Shown here: positions 29,447-40,463 of the stretch, in pieces
How the letters are laid out: the number at the start of each line of letters is the position of its first letter
How positions within the stretch are numbered: position 1 is the first letter of the stretch
Assembly: GCA_943788915.1 (NCBI GenBank)
Contig: CALSSD010000003.1
Location: forward strand, 322,663 to 386,662
Reading direction: 5' to 3'
Length of the DNA: 64,000 nucleotides
From: an uncultured Acidimicrobiales bacterium
GTDB taxonomy: Bacteria; Actinomycetota; Acidimicrobiia; Acidimicrobiales; UBA10347
Made by a program: the position numbers and the translations under genes
The notes under the pieces: generated by a model
Seen by the model: only the letters and a program-made list of their open reading frames with translations
Told to the model about the DNA's origin: nothing
Database searches by the model: none

Positions 29447-29530
29447 TGCTGGAACCGTCGAACTGCGAAGCTCACTGCAGTTCTGGGCCGCTCGCGGGAT
29501 GAGTGCCGTTCAAGTAGAATCAGTTCAGAG

Positions 29531-30127
29531 ATGATTTGGCTGTACATAGCGACCGCAGTGTTTGGCGGCGCCTTCGTGGTACCCATGATCCTCGGCGGCA
29601 TTGATTTCGACGCAGATGTCGGCGAGTTCGATATGGACGTCGGTGATGTCGATGTGGATGTCGACCTCGATATGGATGTCGACATCGGGCTGACTGGTGC
29701 CGTTGGCGACTTCGTCATGTCGCTGCTCAATTTCCGCTCGATCGTCTTGGCCTCCACGTTCTTTGGTCTGTCGGGGATCGTCTTCACCGTTCTCGACACC
29801 AATGTGTTGTTGGCGCTGCTGACCTCGACGGTGCTCGGATTTGTCGCCGCTGCAGCCAACTCAGGCATCACCAAGTTCGTGATGAACCGGCAGCAGTCTT
29901 CCCACGTGACACTGCGCGAGATGCAGGGTGTGTCCGCCGAGGTCATGTTGCCGATCGCTGACGATCGCCGCGGCCGGGTGCGCGCCCAGATCGCGGGCCA
30001 GACCGAATATTTCACCGCACTCCCGTTCAAGCCCGGCTTTACCTTCGAACCGGGCGAAACTGTTGTTGTTATCGAGATCCAAGAAGGCATGGCCCGAGTC
30101 GCTTCACTGGGCGAACTCGGCCCCTAA
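29531..30127 (+). CDS. NfeD-like (YuaF-type) membrane partner of flotillin
   Basis: TM segments, acidic DVDVDLD linker, C-terminal OB-like GRVRAQIAGQ...GETVVVIEI..G.ARV; directly upstream of flotillin. Confidence 0.82.
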   Translation: MIWLYIATAVFGGAFVVPMILGGIDFDADVGEFDMDVGDVDVDVDLDMDVDIGLTGAVGDFVMSLLNFRSIVLASTFFGLSGIVFTVLDTNVLLALLTSTVLGFVAAAANSGITKFVMNRQQSSHVTLREMQGVSAEVMLPIADDRRGRVRAQIAGQTEYFTALPFKPGFTFEPGETVVVIEIQEGMARVASLGELGP

Positions 30128-30142
30128 AAAGGAACACATATT

Positions 30143-31516
30143 ATGCAATACCTGTTGGTAGTCGCCGTGATTCTCGCCGTCATCGTTTTGGCGGTAGCTG
30201 CCGCGGTGCGATCGCTGATCGTGATCTGTCCACCCAACCGGGTTGCGGTGATCTCGGGTCGCAATCGAGCGGTGTCCGACGGTCGAGATGTCGGTTATCG
30301 CGTGCTCAAGGGCGGTCGCACCATTCGAATTCCGATCCTTGAGCGGGTCGATTTCATGGACCTCAACACGATCCCGATCGACGTTTCGGTGAGTAATGCG
30401 TATTCGAAGGGTGCCATCCCCCTCGATGTCCAAGGTGTCGCAAACATCAAGGTGTCGAGCCGCGAAGGCATCCTCGAGAACTCGGTTGAACGATTCCTGG
30501 GTCGAGACTCCGACTACATCCAGCAGATCGCCAAGGAGAACCTCGAAGCCAACCTGCGTGGTGTGCTCTCGACGCTGACACCCGAAGAGGTCAACGAGGA
30601 TCGGCTCAAGTTCGCCCAGACCCTCATCGACGAGGCCGACGACGACATTCGCAAGTTGGGGCTCGAACTCGATGTGCTCAAGATCCAGAATGTGACCGAC
30701 CAGGTTGGTTACCTCGAAGCTGTCGGTCGACGACGGACGGCGCAGGTTCTCACCGAGGCCCGAGAGTCAGAAGCCAGTCAGGCCGCCGATGCCGAGGAAG
30801 CCGAGGCTGCGGGGCGCCGCCGCTCCGAGCTGGCCCGAGTCGACGCTGACCTGATCATCGCCGAACAACAGAACAAGTTGCGGGTGCGCCAGGCCGAGCT
30901 CGATGCTGCAGGTTTGGTCTCGGAGAACGAAGCAGTGGTCGCCGGTGAGAAGGCCAAGGTCACCGCTGAACAAGAGCTCGAAACCGTACGAATCGAGCTG
31001 CAGAAGCGCCGGCTCGAAGCCAACGTCATCGCCCCAGCCCAGGCCGAAATGCAGGCTGCCGAGCTGAGGGCAAAAGGCGAAGCGGCAGCGATCATCGCCA
31101 ACGGCGAGGCGCAGGTCAACGTGTTGAATCGTATGACCGAGATGTACAAGGCCGCCGGACCAGACGCTCAGAACATTTTCCTGCTCAACATCCTTCCCGA
31201 GATCATCGAGCAGATTTCGTCGACCGTCGCCGGTATCGACGTCGACAAGATCACGATCATCGACCAAACCGGGGGCGGTGGGGGCGGGTTGCCCGGCGTC
31301 GCCGCCCAGATGCCGGCTGCGGTCATCTCGATCACCGAGCAGATCGAAGCAGCGACGGGCATAAATGTCTTGTCCGCGTTGAATCGCGAAATGTCACCGA
31401 CCGCGATCGAAACGAGCGCCCGATCGGCTGCATCAGACGAACCCGCAGCGCTCGGCGTCTCTGGCAGCTTCACCACCGAGGTTGAAACAGCCGCCGAAGA
31501 CCCAAAAAGCGACTAA
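30143..31516 (+). CDS. Flotillin (SPFH domain) protein
   Basis: ICPPN...ISGR, GGR...PILE, LEANLRGVLSTLTPEEVNEDR, GLELDVLKIQNVTD, AEA-rich coiled coil. Confidence 0.93.
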   Translation: MQYLLVVAVILAVIVLAVAAAVRSLIVICPPNRVAVISGRNRAVSDGRDVGYRVLKGGRTIRIPILERVDFMDLNTIPIDVSVSNAYSKGAIPLDVQGVANIKVSSREGILENSVERFLGRDSDYIQQIAKENLEANLRGVLSTLTPEEVNEDRLKFAQTLIDEADDDIRKLGLELDVLKIQNVTDQVGYLEAVGRRRTAQVLTEARESEASQAADAEEAEAAGRRRSELARVDADLIIAEQQNKLRVRQAELDAAGLVSENEAVVAGEKAKVTAEQELETVRIELQKRRLEANVIAPAQAEMQAAELRAKGEAAAIIANGEAQVNVLNRMTEMYKAAGPDAQNIFLLNILPEIIEQISSTVAGIDVDKITIIDQTGGGGGGLPGVAAQMPAAVISITEQIEAATGINVLSALNREMSPTAIETSARSAASDEPAALGVSGSFTTEVETAAEDPKSD

Positions 31517-31594
31517 TACCCCCACCTCGTTCTGCATGCCCAAGAGCGGCTCGATTACAGCGCTGCCCGTTGGCGGCTTACTGACGTCTTGGTG

Positions 31595-32197
31595 TCAGCC
31601 TCTCGGCACGCGATCTGCAGCAGCGAGGTCTCCGGGGCCTCCCCTGGCTCGGAGGCGTTCGGCGGCAGCTTCGCGATGTTCGATGTCGACATTGGCGCCG
31701 TATTTGAACTTGGCGCGTGCATCGTCGATCATCATTTCGATGCCGCGGATGGCAGCGAACCGTTTGGTGTGGACCAGCGGATCCTGCAGCCCCCCATCGG
31801 GTTCAACATCTGCGAGTTGTAGTCGCAAGATTGCCGCTATCTCTTCGATCTCGTCGGTGACCGTGACCGGGCCGCTCAGTTGCACTGCGCCGTAGTAGGT
31901 CGTTGGCACACCAAGAGACGGATCTTCATCGCCGACCATCCTCCATGCGCCAGGGATGTAGGCCCAGTCCCCGGCAATACTCAGCACTGCCTGCGGTGTT
32001 GCCGCAAGCGCCGCAAAGACCGGGTTGGGTTTCGCAAGGTGAAACACGACCCGATCGTCGAGCAGCACAAACTGGGTTGGCACCAACACGGGAATCCCGC
32101 CAGCGCCACTCACGGCAAAGTGGCCGAAACCTTGTTGGTGGACGAAACTGCGCCATTGCGCCTCGTCGGTACTTGCATCGTGCGGACGGATCAGCAT
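31595..32197 (-). CDS. PaiB-like FMN-binding protein
   Basis: HLAKPNP, AYIP..W, VPTTYYGAVQLSG, KFKYG. Confidence 0.82.
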   Translation of the reverse strand: MLIRPHDASTDEAQWRSFVHQQGFGHFAVSGAGGIPVLVPTQFVLLDDRVVFHLAKPNPVFAALAATPQAVLSIAGDWAYIPGAWRMVGDEDPSLGVPTTYYGAVQLSGPVTVTDEIEEIAAILRLQLADVEPDGGLQDPLVHTKRFAAIRGIEMMIDDARAKFKYGANVDIEHREAAAERLRARGGPGDLAAADRVPRG

Positions 32198-32332
32198 CGG
32201 TGGATCTTACTGATAACCAGCGGTTGACGCCTGACCTTTCATGCGATCGGAGGCGTTGGGTTGTCGGGGTTACGGCGGGCCGCGTACATGTGCGAAGTAA
32301 CTGTTGAGGGTTCGCGAAACTAAGGTCTCAGC

Positions 32333-33079
32333 ATGGATCTTCGTCTGGACGGAAAAACAGCACTAGTGACCGGCGGTTCCCGCGGCATCGGCAAGGCCAT
32401 CGCCAAGGCCTTTGTCGAATCTGGGGCCGAGGTCATGATCACGAGCCGCAAGGCCGAGTCGTGTGAAGAGACCGCAAACGAGATCGGCTGTCTATGGGAA
32501 GCCGGCCATGTCGGCAACCCCGAAGATGCCGAACGCATCGTTGGTGCCACTGTCGAACGTTTGGGCGGCGTCGACATTCTGGTGAACAACGCCGGCACTG
32601 GCCCCTACAACGGTCCCGTGATCGACGCCGACCTGCCCCGGTGGAACAAGACGTTCGAAGTCAACCTGACTGCTCCCCTGGTGTTCAGCCAGCTGTGCTG
32701 GAACCAGCACATGAAAGAGAACGGCGGTGTGATCATCAACATCGCGTCGGTCGGCGGCTTCGGCACGCATCCGCACATCGGCGTGTATGACATCTCGAAG
32801 GCTGCGCTCATTCACTTGACCAAGCAGCTCGGTGCCGAGCTCGGCCCCCAAGCTCGCGTCAACGTGCTGTGCCCTGGTTTGGTCAAGACTGACCTCTCCC
32901 GTTTCTTGTGGGAAGGTGACAAGGGCGATGAAGTTGCCAAGATGTACCCGCTTGAGCGCCTAGGCGAAGTCGAAGACATCGCCGCAGCCGCCTGCTGGCT
33001 CGCTGCCGATAGCGGCCAATGGATCACTGGCCAGGCCATCGTCCTCGATGGCGGTGGCATGGTGAAGTTCAGCGAATAG
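32333..33079 (+). CDS. Short-chain dehydrogenase/reductase
   Basis: TGGSRGIG, NNAG, YDISK (YxxxK). Confidence 0.95.
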   Translation: MDLRLDGKTALVTGGSRGIGKAIAKAFVESGAEVMITSRKAESCEETANEIGCLWEAGHVGNPEDAERIVGATVERLGGVDILVNNAGTGPYNGPVIDADLPRWNKTFEVNLTAPLVFSQLCWNQHMKENGGVIINIASVGGFGTHPHIGVYDISKAALIHLTKQLGAELGPQARVNVLCPGLVKTDLSRFLWEGDKGDEVAKMYPLERLGEVEDIAAAACWLAADSGQWITGQAIVLDGGGMVKFSE

Positions 33080-33096
33080 CCCCTCACCCGGCCACC

Positions 33097-33147
33097 CCAA
33101 CGCAAATTAGGAGCGTTATGTACGAAATAGGTACACCAGGCTCCTTA
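33097..33147. repeat. Dispersed palindromic element, copy 2
   Basis: CCAACGCAAATTAGGAGCGTTATGTACGAAATAGGTACACCAGGCTCCTTA vs copy at 16625. Confidence 0.8.
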
Positions 33148-33942
33148 GAAGCATCTGATTGGTTCGACGAACTTGCCTTGGATCCTGAGGCACATCCGGT
33201 GGCGATGGGCACGCGAGCCTTGGGCGACCGGCCGTGGCTGGTGGCCGACGGACATCGCGACCACGAGCTCGCGATCAAGAACGAGCTGCTCGCGTCTCGA
33301 CGCGATCAAGTGCTTTATGCAACGGAACACTCGGTCGAAGCTGCCACCGAACTTGCCCGGCTGGTCGACGCCCCAGCTGCACCTGCGGGCATGCACCCGA
33401 TCGAACGTGCTGCCCGATCGGTGCAGGAAGATTTGTGTTTGCTGCAGCGACTGCCGACCGGCTGGCATCTCGATGCGAGCTGCTTGTGTGCCCCGACCAG
33501 GTGGCATCTACAGGAGAAGGTTGGCCAGCACATCGCGGTGGTGCATGGCCCGGTCCGTGGCTACGACGAACGGATCACGACCAAGGTCGATCAGCTCTTC
33601 GACCGGCTGACCGATCGGCCGGTATGGCGCAGGAACTGGTTCCTCATGACCGATACCACCCTGTTTCAACCCGATCGTGCGGAGCACGAGACGCTCATCC
33701 CCTCCGGTCAGGTGCTCGATGACATCTACATCCGCAGCGAACGCCAAACACTACGTCGGGTCATAGATGATTGGATCGTCTTCACCATTCGGGTCCAACA
33801 GGAATCGCTTCGGCAGCTACTCACGACCGATGCTCGACGACTCAAATTCGTGGATTGGGTCGCCAATGTCTCCCCGGATTTTGGCGTTCGACGCCACCTA
33901 ACAGACCCCCAACGTGCCGAGCTTCTTGCAGGACTCACCTAA
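33118..33942 (+). CDS. DUF3445/HDOD family (heme-dependent oxidative N-demethylase alpha-like); start uncertain
   Basis: [15 protein letters not shown]...KVG....[28 protein letters not shown]. Confidence 0.85.
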   Translation: MYEIGTPGSLEASDWFDELALDPEAHPVAMGTRALGDRPWLVADGHRDHELAIKNELLASRRDQVLYATEHSVEAATELARLVDAPAAPAGMHPIERAARSVQEDLCLLQRLPTGWHLDASCLCAPTRWHLQEKVGQHIAVVHGPVRGYDERITTKVDQLFDRLTDRPVWRRNWFLMTDTTLFQPDRAEHETLIPSGQVLDDIYIRSERQTLRRVIDDWIVFTIRVQQESLRQLLTTDARRLKFVDWVANVSPDFGVRRHLTDPQRAELLAGLT

Positions 33943-33995
33943 CCGTTCTGCAAAACGGCACCGGGCACAATCGTTGGCCTTCTAGGCTTTCCGCC

Positions 33996-36851
33996 ATGGC
34001 AGACGCCCCAACCACCGAGATCCCATCCTGGCGCTACGACGCCTCGTTGGCGCAGGACATCGAACTGCGCTGGCAAGCCACCTGGGACGAAAACAAGACC
34101 TTCGAGACGCCCAACCCCGCGGGCCCACTCGCCGATCCCGAAGCACTCGCTGGCCGAGGCGAGAAGCTATTCGTGCTCGACATGTTCCCCTACCCGTCAG
34201 GTAGCGGCCTGCACGTGGGCCACCCGCTGGGTTTCATCGGCACCGATGTGTACAGCCGTTACCAACGCATGCTGGGCCGCAACGTGTGTTACTCGATGGG
34301 CTTCGACGCGTTTGGCCTGCCGGCCGAACAACACGCTGTTGCTACTGGCGAGCATCCTTCGATCAGCACCGATGCGGCCATTGCCAACATGCGCCGTCAG
34401 CTGCATCGTCTGGGTCTCAGCCATGACCAGCGTCGCAGTGTGTCCACAACCGATCCTGAGTACTACCGGTGGACCCAGTGGATCTTCCGCGAGATCTTCG
34501 AGTCGTGGTACGACGACGATGCCGACAAGGCCCGCCCTATCGCCGACTTGATCGCCCAGTTCGAATCCGGCGAACGCACCGTCGACGGCGAACATGCAGG
34601 TACATCGTGGGCTGACCTGTCAGCTGCCCAGCAGGCCGAAGTAATCGATGGCTACCGCCTGGCCTACGTGTCCGATGCTCCGGTGAACTGGTGCCCTGGG
34701 TTGGGCACCGTCGTTGCGAACGAGGAAGTCACCGCCGACAACCGCAGCGACCGAGGCAACTTCCCCGTCTTCAAGCGCAACATGCGCCAGTGGATGATGC
34801 GTATCACCAAGTACGCCGACCGTCTGACCGACGACCTTGAGCTGCTCGATTGGACCGACGCGATCAAGGCCATGCAGCGCAACTGGATTGGCCGCTCCGA
34901 AGGTGCCGCCGTGCACTTCGACAGCGCCGCCGGGCCAATCACCGTGTTCACGACCCGACCCGACACGTTGTTCGGCGCAACCTTCATGGTGCTGGCGCCC
35001 GAACACCCTCTGGTCGACGAACTGACCACGCCAGAGCAAGCCGATGCCGTTGCCGCTTATCGCGAAGCCGCAGCTGCCAAGAACGACATCGACCGCCAAG
35101 ATGCCACCCGCGAGAAGACCGGCGTCGACATCGGGGCGACCGCCACCAACCCGGTTACCGGCGAGCAGGTTCCTATCTGGATCGCCGACTATGTGCTCAT
35201 GGGGTATGGCACCGGCGCCATCATGGCCGTGCCTTGTGGCGACCAACGTGACTTCGAGTTCGCCCGCAAGTTCGGCCTGCCGATCCCGGCAATCCAGCAG
35301 CCGTCCGCATCCTGGTTCGAAGAACACGGCATCGACGAGTCCTTGGACACCAGCACCTGGCCTGTCGCCTATGTCGGCGACGCCCAATATGTGCAGTCGT
35401 CCAACAACTCTCTGGACCTGAACGGCACGACCGACGTCGCTTCCGGCGTTGCCCAGACGAACGCGTGGCTCGAAGCCAACGACCACGGCGAAGCCACGAT
35501 CAACTACAAACTGCGTGACTGGCTGTTCAGCCGCCAGCGGTACTGGGGCGAGCCGTTCCCGGTCGTCTACGACGCCGACGGCAACCCCCACACCATCCCT
35601 GAAGACATGCTGCCGGTCCTGCTGCCCGAGACCGAGAGCTTCGCGCCTCGTACCTTCGATCCCGACGATGCCAACAGCGATCCCGAGAGCCCGCTGGGAC
35701 GGTTGACCGACTGGGTCAACGTCGAGCTCGACATCGGCGACGGTCCTCAGATGTACACCCGCGACACCAATGTCATGCCCCAGTGGGCTGGCTCGTGCTG
35801 GTACGAAATGCGGTACCTGGATCCAACCAACACAGAACGGTTCGTCGACCGCGAGGTCGAGGAGTACTGGATGGGCCCACAGACCGATCAGCGCCCCGAT
35901 CACCCTGGCGGCGTCGATCTGTACGTGGGCGGCGTCGAACACGCCGTGCTGCACCTGCTCTACGCCCGCTTCTGGCACAAGGTCCTGTTCGACCTGGGCC
36001 ATGTCAGCTCCAAAGAGCCCTACGCCCGACTCTTCAACCAGGGTTACATCCTGGCCGACGCCTACAAGGACGAACGCGAGATCTACGTCGACGCGCTCGC
36101 CGTCGAGAAACAAGACGACGGCACCTTCACCTTCGAAGGCGAACCAGTCTCGGTAGAGACCGGCAAGATGGGCAAGAGCAAGAAGAACTCCGTCTCGCCC
36201 GACGAGATGTACGACAACTACGGCGCCGACACGTTGCGGCTGTACGAAATGGCCATGGGCCCGCTTGACCAGTCACGTCCGTGGGAAACCCGCGACGTGG
36301 TCGGCATGTACCGCTTTCTGCAGCGCCTGTGGCGCAATGTGGTCGACGAAGACACCGGGGAGTTGACGATCACCGAGGCTGCCGGCGACGAAACCACCAT
36401 GCGTTCGTTGCACAAGACCATCGATGCTGTCGGCACCGAGATGAGCAATCTGCGGTTCAACACTGCGATCGCCAAACTCGTCGAACTGAACAACGAGGTC
36501 ACCAAACTCGACGCCGCACCACGTGAAGTCATGGAAGCCATGGTCCTCATGCTCGCTCCCCTGGCGCCTCACATCAGCGAAGAGATGTGGCAACGCTTGG
36601 GCCACGACGACACCGTGACCTATGTACCGTTCCCGACCGCCGATCCAGCCATGCTGATCGACGATCAGGTCGAGTACCCGGTGCAGGTCAACGGCAAGGT
36701 CCGCGGTCGTGTCACCGTTGCCGCCGACGCTGACAACGACACGATCGAAGCGGCTGCCCTGGCCGAAGAAAACGTGGTCCGAACGCTCGACGGCAATGCG
36801 CCAAAGAAGGTCATCGTCATCCCCGGCCGCATGGTCAACATCGTCGCCTAA
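33996..36851 (+). CDS. leuS: Leucine--tRNA ligase
   Basis: [78 protein letters not shown]. Confidence 0.98.
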   Translation: MADAPTTEIPSWRYDASLAQDIELRWQATWDENKTFETPNPAGPLADPEALAGRGEKLFVLDMFPYPSGSGLHVGHPLGFIGTDVYSRYQRMLGRNVCYSMGFDAFGLPAEQHAVATGEHPSISTDAAIANMRRQLHRLGLSHDQRRSVSTTDPEYYRWTQWIFREIFESWYDDDADKARPIADLIAQFESGERTVDGEHAGTSWADLSAAQQAEVIDGYRLAYVSDAPVNWCPGLGTVVANEEVTADNRSDRGNFPVFKRNMRQWMMRITKYADRLTDDLELLDWTDAIKAMQRNWIGRSEGAAVHFDSAAGPITVFTTRPDTLFGATFMVLAPEHPLVDELTTPEQADAVAAYREAAAAKNDIDRQDATREKTGVDIGATATNPVTGEQVPIWIADYVLMGYGTGAIMAVPCGDQRDFEFARKFGLPIPAIQQPSASWFEEHGIDESLDTSTWPVAYVGDAQYVQSSNNSLDLNGTTDVASGVAQTNAWLEANDHGEATINYKLRDWLFSRQRYWGEPFPVVYDADGNPHTIPEDMLPVLLPETESFAPRTFDPDDANSDPESPLGRLTDWVNVELDIGDGPQMYTRDTNVMPQWAGSCWYEMRYLDPTNTERFVDREVEEYWMGPQTDQRPDHPGGVDLYVGGVEHAVLHLLYARFWHKVLFDLGHVSSKEPYARLFNQGYILADAYKDEREIYVDALAVEKQDDGTFTFEGEPVSVETGKMGKSKKNSVSPDEMYDNYGADTLRLYEMAMGPLDQSRPWETRDVVGMYRFLQRLWRNVVDEDTGELTITEAAGDETTMRSLHKTIDAVGTEMSNLRFNTAIAKLVELNNEVTKLDAAPREVMEAMVLMLAPLAPHISEEMWQRLGHDDTVTYVPFPTADPAMLIDDQVEYPVQVNGKVRGRVTVAADADNDTIEAAALAEENVVRTLDGNAPKKVIVIPGRMVNIVA

Positions 36852-36854
36852 TTC

Positions 36855-36889
36855 CTAAACATGACGGTGCCTGGCACCGTCATGTTTAG
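36855..36889. terminator. Perfect 17-bp inverted repeat between convergent genes (bidirectional terminator or REP-like)
   Basis: CTAAACATGACGGTGCC-T-GGCACCGTCATGTTTAG. Confidence 0.7.
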
Positions 36890-36893
36890 CGTT

Positions 36894-37763
36894 TTAGAGA
36901 CTGGTGAAGAGGTCAGATTCGACGTCGGCTGGCATCGGCAGTGTGAAACCTGGCGCTACCGCGAGTAGTTCGAACTCTTCCCATGGGTAGACGTGGGCGA
37001 AGTCTGCGTCGGGGATTGTGTAGAACCAGCGGTGGTCGTGCGCGATCTGCGTCTGGTGTTCACGCAACGCGTTCCGAGCTGTCACGGCGTGTTCGCCAAT
37101 AGCGATACGGGTGGTGAACCGCTCGTCGGGGAGTTTCTCCAACGCTCGTTCATAGGGGCTCTCAAGCCCGTGCACGACCGTCCAGTCGTGCATGGCTTGC
37201 ACCCGCCGTCGAGAGAAGAACCGACTGCCATAGAGCTTGCGGGGCCCGCCAGCGTCTGTTGTGGTCTGAGCGAACGCTGCCGCCGAGATCTCATGGCAGC
37301 GCAGATGATCAGGATGGTTCGCGGCGTACTCAGGGTCATAGGTGACGACAACATCCGGGCGTTCGACCTCAATGAGGTCCGTGAGCTGGTCGACCATTGG
37401 GGCGATCGGTTGGCTGGCGAAGCCCTGAGGCACCTCGGACTCGCTTCCCGAGTCGGCGTAGCCAAGTTCGTGCACGACGTCGAAGCCCATGATCGCAGCA
37501 GCAGCTGCCAGCTCGTCGCTGCGTACTTCGGCCAACGACCGCCCGCCCAAAAGTGCGTGGTCGGTGACACCACCGGCACCGCCGTCGGTACAGACCACCA
37601 GCACCGTCCGAACGCCAGTCGCCGCGAGCCATGCCGCAGTGCCGCCGCCTTTGGTCGTCTCGTCATCGGGGTGCGCGTGCACAAACATCACGCACCGTTG
37701 TTCTGTACCCGTCTGTTCTGGACTCGTCTGGCTCACCTCGTCACCGTAGCCAGAGCGAAACAT
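36894..37763 (-). CDS. PIG-L family deacetylase (MshB/Mca-like); start uncertain
   Basis: VHAHPDDE, LGYADSG, RPDVVVTYD, HPDH. Confidence 0.9.
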   Translation of the reverse strand: MFRSGYGDEVSQTSPEQTGTEQRCVMFVHAHPDDETTKGGGTAAWLAATGVRTVLVVCTDGGAGGVTDHALLGGRSLAEVRSDELAAAAAIMGFDVVHELGYADSGSESEVPQGFASQPIAPMVDQLTDLIEVERPDVVVTYDPEYAANHPDHLRCHEISAAAFAQTTTDAGGPRKLYGSRFFSRRRVQAMHDWTVVHGLESPYERALEKLPDERFTTRIAIGEHAVTARNALREHQTQIAHDHRWFYTIPDADFAHVYPWEEFELLAVAPGFTLPMPADVESDLFTSL

Positions 37764-37810
37764 CCCACCGATTCGGGCGATAGAGGACGGTGGCTCTACC
37801 CTCGTCACCG

Positions 37811-38665
37811 ATGACCGGGCAGATCTCAGTAGCAACCGAACATATCGATTCGACTCGGGGCGCACGATTAGCGCTCCACCACTTCGGTGGCAGCGGGCCA
37901 ACACTCATGATCTGCCATGCGACCGGCTTTCATGCCAAGTGTTACCTGCCGATGATGCCGACACTCACGCAACACTTCGATGTGTGGGGAGTCGACTTCG
38001 CTGGCCACGGCGGTTCCTCCACACCTGATAATGATGATTTCGCGTGGACCGGTTTCGCCGAGGACGCACTCACGGCAATCGATCACATCGGCGCCGACAC
38101 CGTTCGGGCCTTTGGCCACTCGATGGGCGCAACCGCGACCCTGCTGGCCGAACAAGCCCGACCCGGCGTGATCTCGGCCGCATGGCTCTACGAACCAATT
38201 GTGTTTCCTCGTGACATCGAATCCCAGGGCCCACCCCGCAACTCGATCATGGCTGCGGCCGCGTCAAAACGCCGCCGCGAGTTCGACTCCCGAGCCCACG
38301 CATTACATCGTTACGCTGGCCGCCCGCCACTCGGCCTTATGCGAGCCGACGCTCTGGCTGCCTACGTCGAATACGGGTTCAGAGACACCGCTGACGGAAC
38401 CGTGACCCTGGCCTGCTCCCCTGAGTCAGAAGCAGCCACGTTTAACAATGCCAATACTGGCGTGCGACACCTCGAGGAACTCACCCTTCGCGCCACCCTT
38501 GCATGCGGCTTGGTCGCCGAGAATCCCAGTCCGGCCAGTTTCACCCCGCCACTTGCGGATGCGTTAGTGAACGGCGAACTTCGTTCCTATGACGGTCTCG
38601 GCCATTTTGGACCGTTACAGGACCCTGACCGCATCGCTGCCGACGTGACCGAATTCCTCACGTGA
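37811..38665 (+). CDS. Alpha/beta hydrolase
   Basis: CHATGFHA, GHGGS, GHSMG, GHFGPLQDP. Confidence 0.9.
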   Translation: MTGQISVATEHIDSTRGARLALHHFGGSGPTLMICHATGFHAKCYLPMMPTLTQHFDVWGVDFAGHGGSSTPDNDDFAWTGFAEDALTAIDHIGADTVRAFGHSMGATATLLAEQARPGVISAAWLYEPIVFPRDIESQGPPRNSIMAAAASKRRREFDSRAHALHRYAGRPPLGLMRADALAAYVEYGFRDTADGTVTLACSPESEAATFNNANTGVRHLEELTLRATLACGLVAENPSPASFTPPLADALVNGELRSYDGLGHFGPLQDPDRIAADVTEFLT

Positions 38666-38696
38666 CCGCTAAGGCGCTCCACTAGCCTGCACGAGA

Positions 38697-40463
38697 ATGA
38701 GGGCGATCCGAAGTATTTGGCCGTGGTTGCGGCCGTATTGGCGCTACGGCGCAGGCGCCTTCATGGCCATGATCGTGTCGGTACTGATCAACTTGTCGAT
38801 CCCGCTGCTGACATCACGAATCATCGACGACGGCATAGCCCAAGACGACGGCTCATTCGTATTGCGGTTGGCCGTAACGATGGTTGGTTTGATCATCGCT
38901 GGCATGGCCGCATCAGCGGTGGCCAGCGTGATGGGCGTGCGGTTGGCGTTTAATACCGTCACTGACCTTCGACGCGATGTTTATGCCAAGACACAAACCT
39001 TCTCCTTCGGCAATCTCGACGAACTGACCTCGGGCGAGATCTTGACCCGACTATCAAGCGACATGACCAAGGTGACCATGTTGTTATCCATGGGCCTGTC
39101 GTTCATCGCCCAGATACCGATCATGTTCATCGGCGCACTCGGTGCAATCGTGCTGATCGATGCATCACTTGTCGTGATCGTGCTGGTCATGCTCCCCGCT
39201 ATTGGGATCCTGGTTGGGTACACGATCAGCCAATCGAACGTGTTGTACGACGCGGTGCAACGCCGCATCGATCGCCTCAATACGGTGCTGCAAGAAAACA
39301 TCCAGGGCGCCGAGGTGATCAAGGCGTTCGTGCGCCAGGACCACGAAACCGAACGTTTCAACGAGGTCGCCGACGACCTTGCTGACCAGGCGGCCAAGGT
39401 CAACCAGTTGGTTGCGTCGCTGTTTCCTACCTTGACGGTGATTTCGGCCATGGGTATCTCGGCCGTGATCTGGCTGGGTGGCGGCAATGTCATCGATGGC
39501 ACGTTGACCGACGGCCAACTTGTTGCCTTCATCAGCTACATGGCGCTGGTGACCATGCCGATGATGATGTTTGCCTTCCTCCAGCCAATGATCTCGGCGG
39601 CCACGGCTTCGATGTCGCGCATCAACGAGATCTTCAAGACCGTTCCCGCAATCTCGTTTGTGGCCAACGGCGTGGACCTCGCTGCCCAAGCCAACCCGGG
39701 CGACATCGAGTTCGACGACGTGAGCTTCCGCTACTCATCACGTGCTGCGACAACCGAGGCCGAAATGGCTCTCTGCAACGTCAGCTTCCGGATCAAGGCG
39801 GGAACCACCGTCGCCATTCTGGGCGCCACCGGCTCGGGAAAATCGACACTCGTACATCTCATACCCCGGCTGTACGACACCACCACCGGCACGGTTCGGG
39901 TTGGCGGAGTCAACGTGCGAGAGCTCACGAAACGATCGTTGCGCCGCAACATCGGCATCGCGCTGCAGCAGCCCGAACTCTTCAGCGGCACCGTGGCCGA
40001 CAACCTGCGGTTCGGTCGTCCCGATGCCACCGACGACCAGATGATCGCCGCCGCAACCGCGGCCCAAGCACACGATTTCATCACCGCCATGGCCGACGGT
40101 TACGACTCGGTCATCCAGCAAACTGGTGCGAACCTGTCCGGCGGCCAACGCCAACGACTGGCGATCGCCCGCACCCTGCTTCTTGAACCAGCGATCCTGA
40201 TTCTCGACGATTCGACCAGCGCGGTCGATCTCGAAACCGAAGCCCACATCCAGATGGCATTCGACAAGCTGACCGACACCACCGTTGTTTTGGTCGCCCA
40301 ACGCATCAGCACCGCACTCGGCGCCGACGAGATCATCGTGCTCGACGAAGGTGGTGTTGCAGCCCACGGCTCCCACGACGAACTACTCCAAAGCTCGGCG
40401 ATCTACCAGGACATCTACCGAAGCCAATTGGGCGACGCAGTCGACGTTGGGCAGGCGTTATGA
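38697..40463 (+). CDS. Heterodimeric ABC exporter subunit A (degenerate site)
   Basis: TMD + NBD; GATGSGKS, LSGGQRQR, ILDDSTSAVD, VAQR. Confidence 0.93.
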   Translation: MRAIRSIWPWLRPYWRYGAGAFMAMIVSVLINLSIPLLTSRIIDDGIAQDDGSFVLRLAVTMVGLIIAGMAASAVASVMGVRLAFNTVTDLRRDVYAKTQTFSFGNLDELTSGEILTRLSSDMTKVTMLLSMGLSFIAQIPIMFIGALGAIVLIDASLVVIVLVMLPAIGILVGYTISQSNVLYDAVQRRIDRLNTVLQENIQGAEVIKAFVRQDHETERFNEVADDLADQAAKVNQLVASLFPTLTVISAMGISAVIWLGGGNVIDGTLTDGQLVAFISYMALVTMPMMMFAFLQPMISAATASMSRINEIFKTVPAISFVANGVDLAAQANPGDIEFDDVSFRYSSRAATTEAEMALCNVSFRIKAGTTVAILGATGSGKSTLVHLIPRLYDTTTGTVRVGGVNVRELTKRSLRRNIGIALQQPELFSGTVADNLRFGRPDATDDQMIAAATAAQAHDFITAMADGYDSVIQQTGANLSGGQRQRLAIARTLLLEPAILILDDSTSAVDLETEAHIQMAFDKLTDTTVVLVAQRISTALGADEIIVLDEGGVAAHGSHDELLQSSAIYQDIYRSQLGDAVDVGQAL

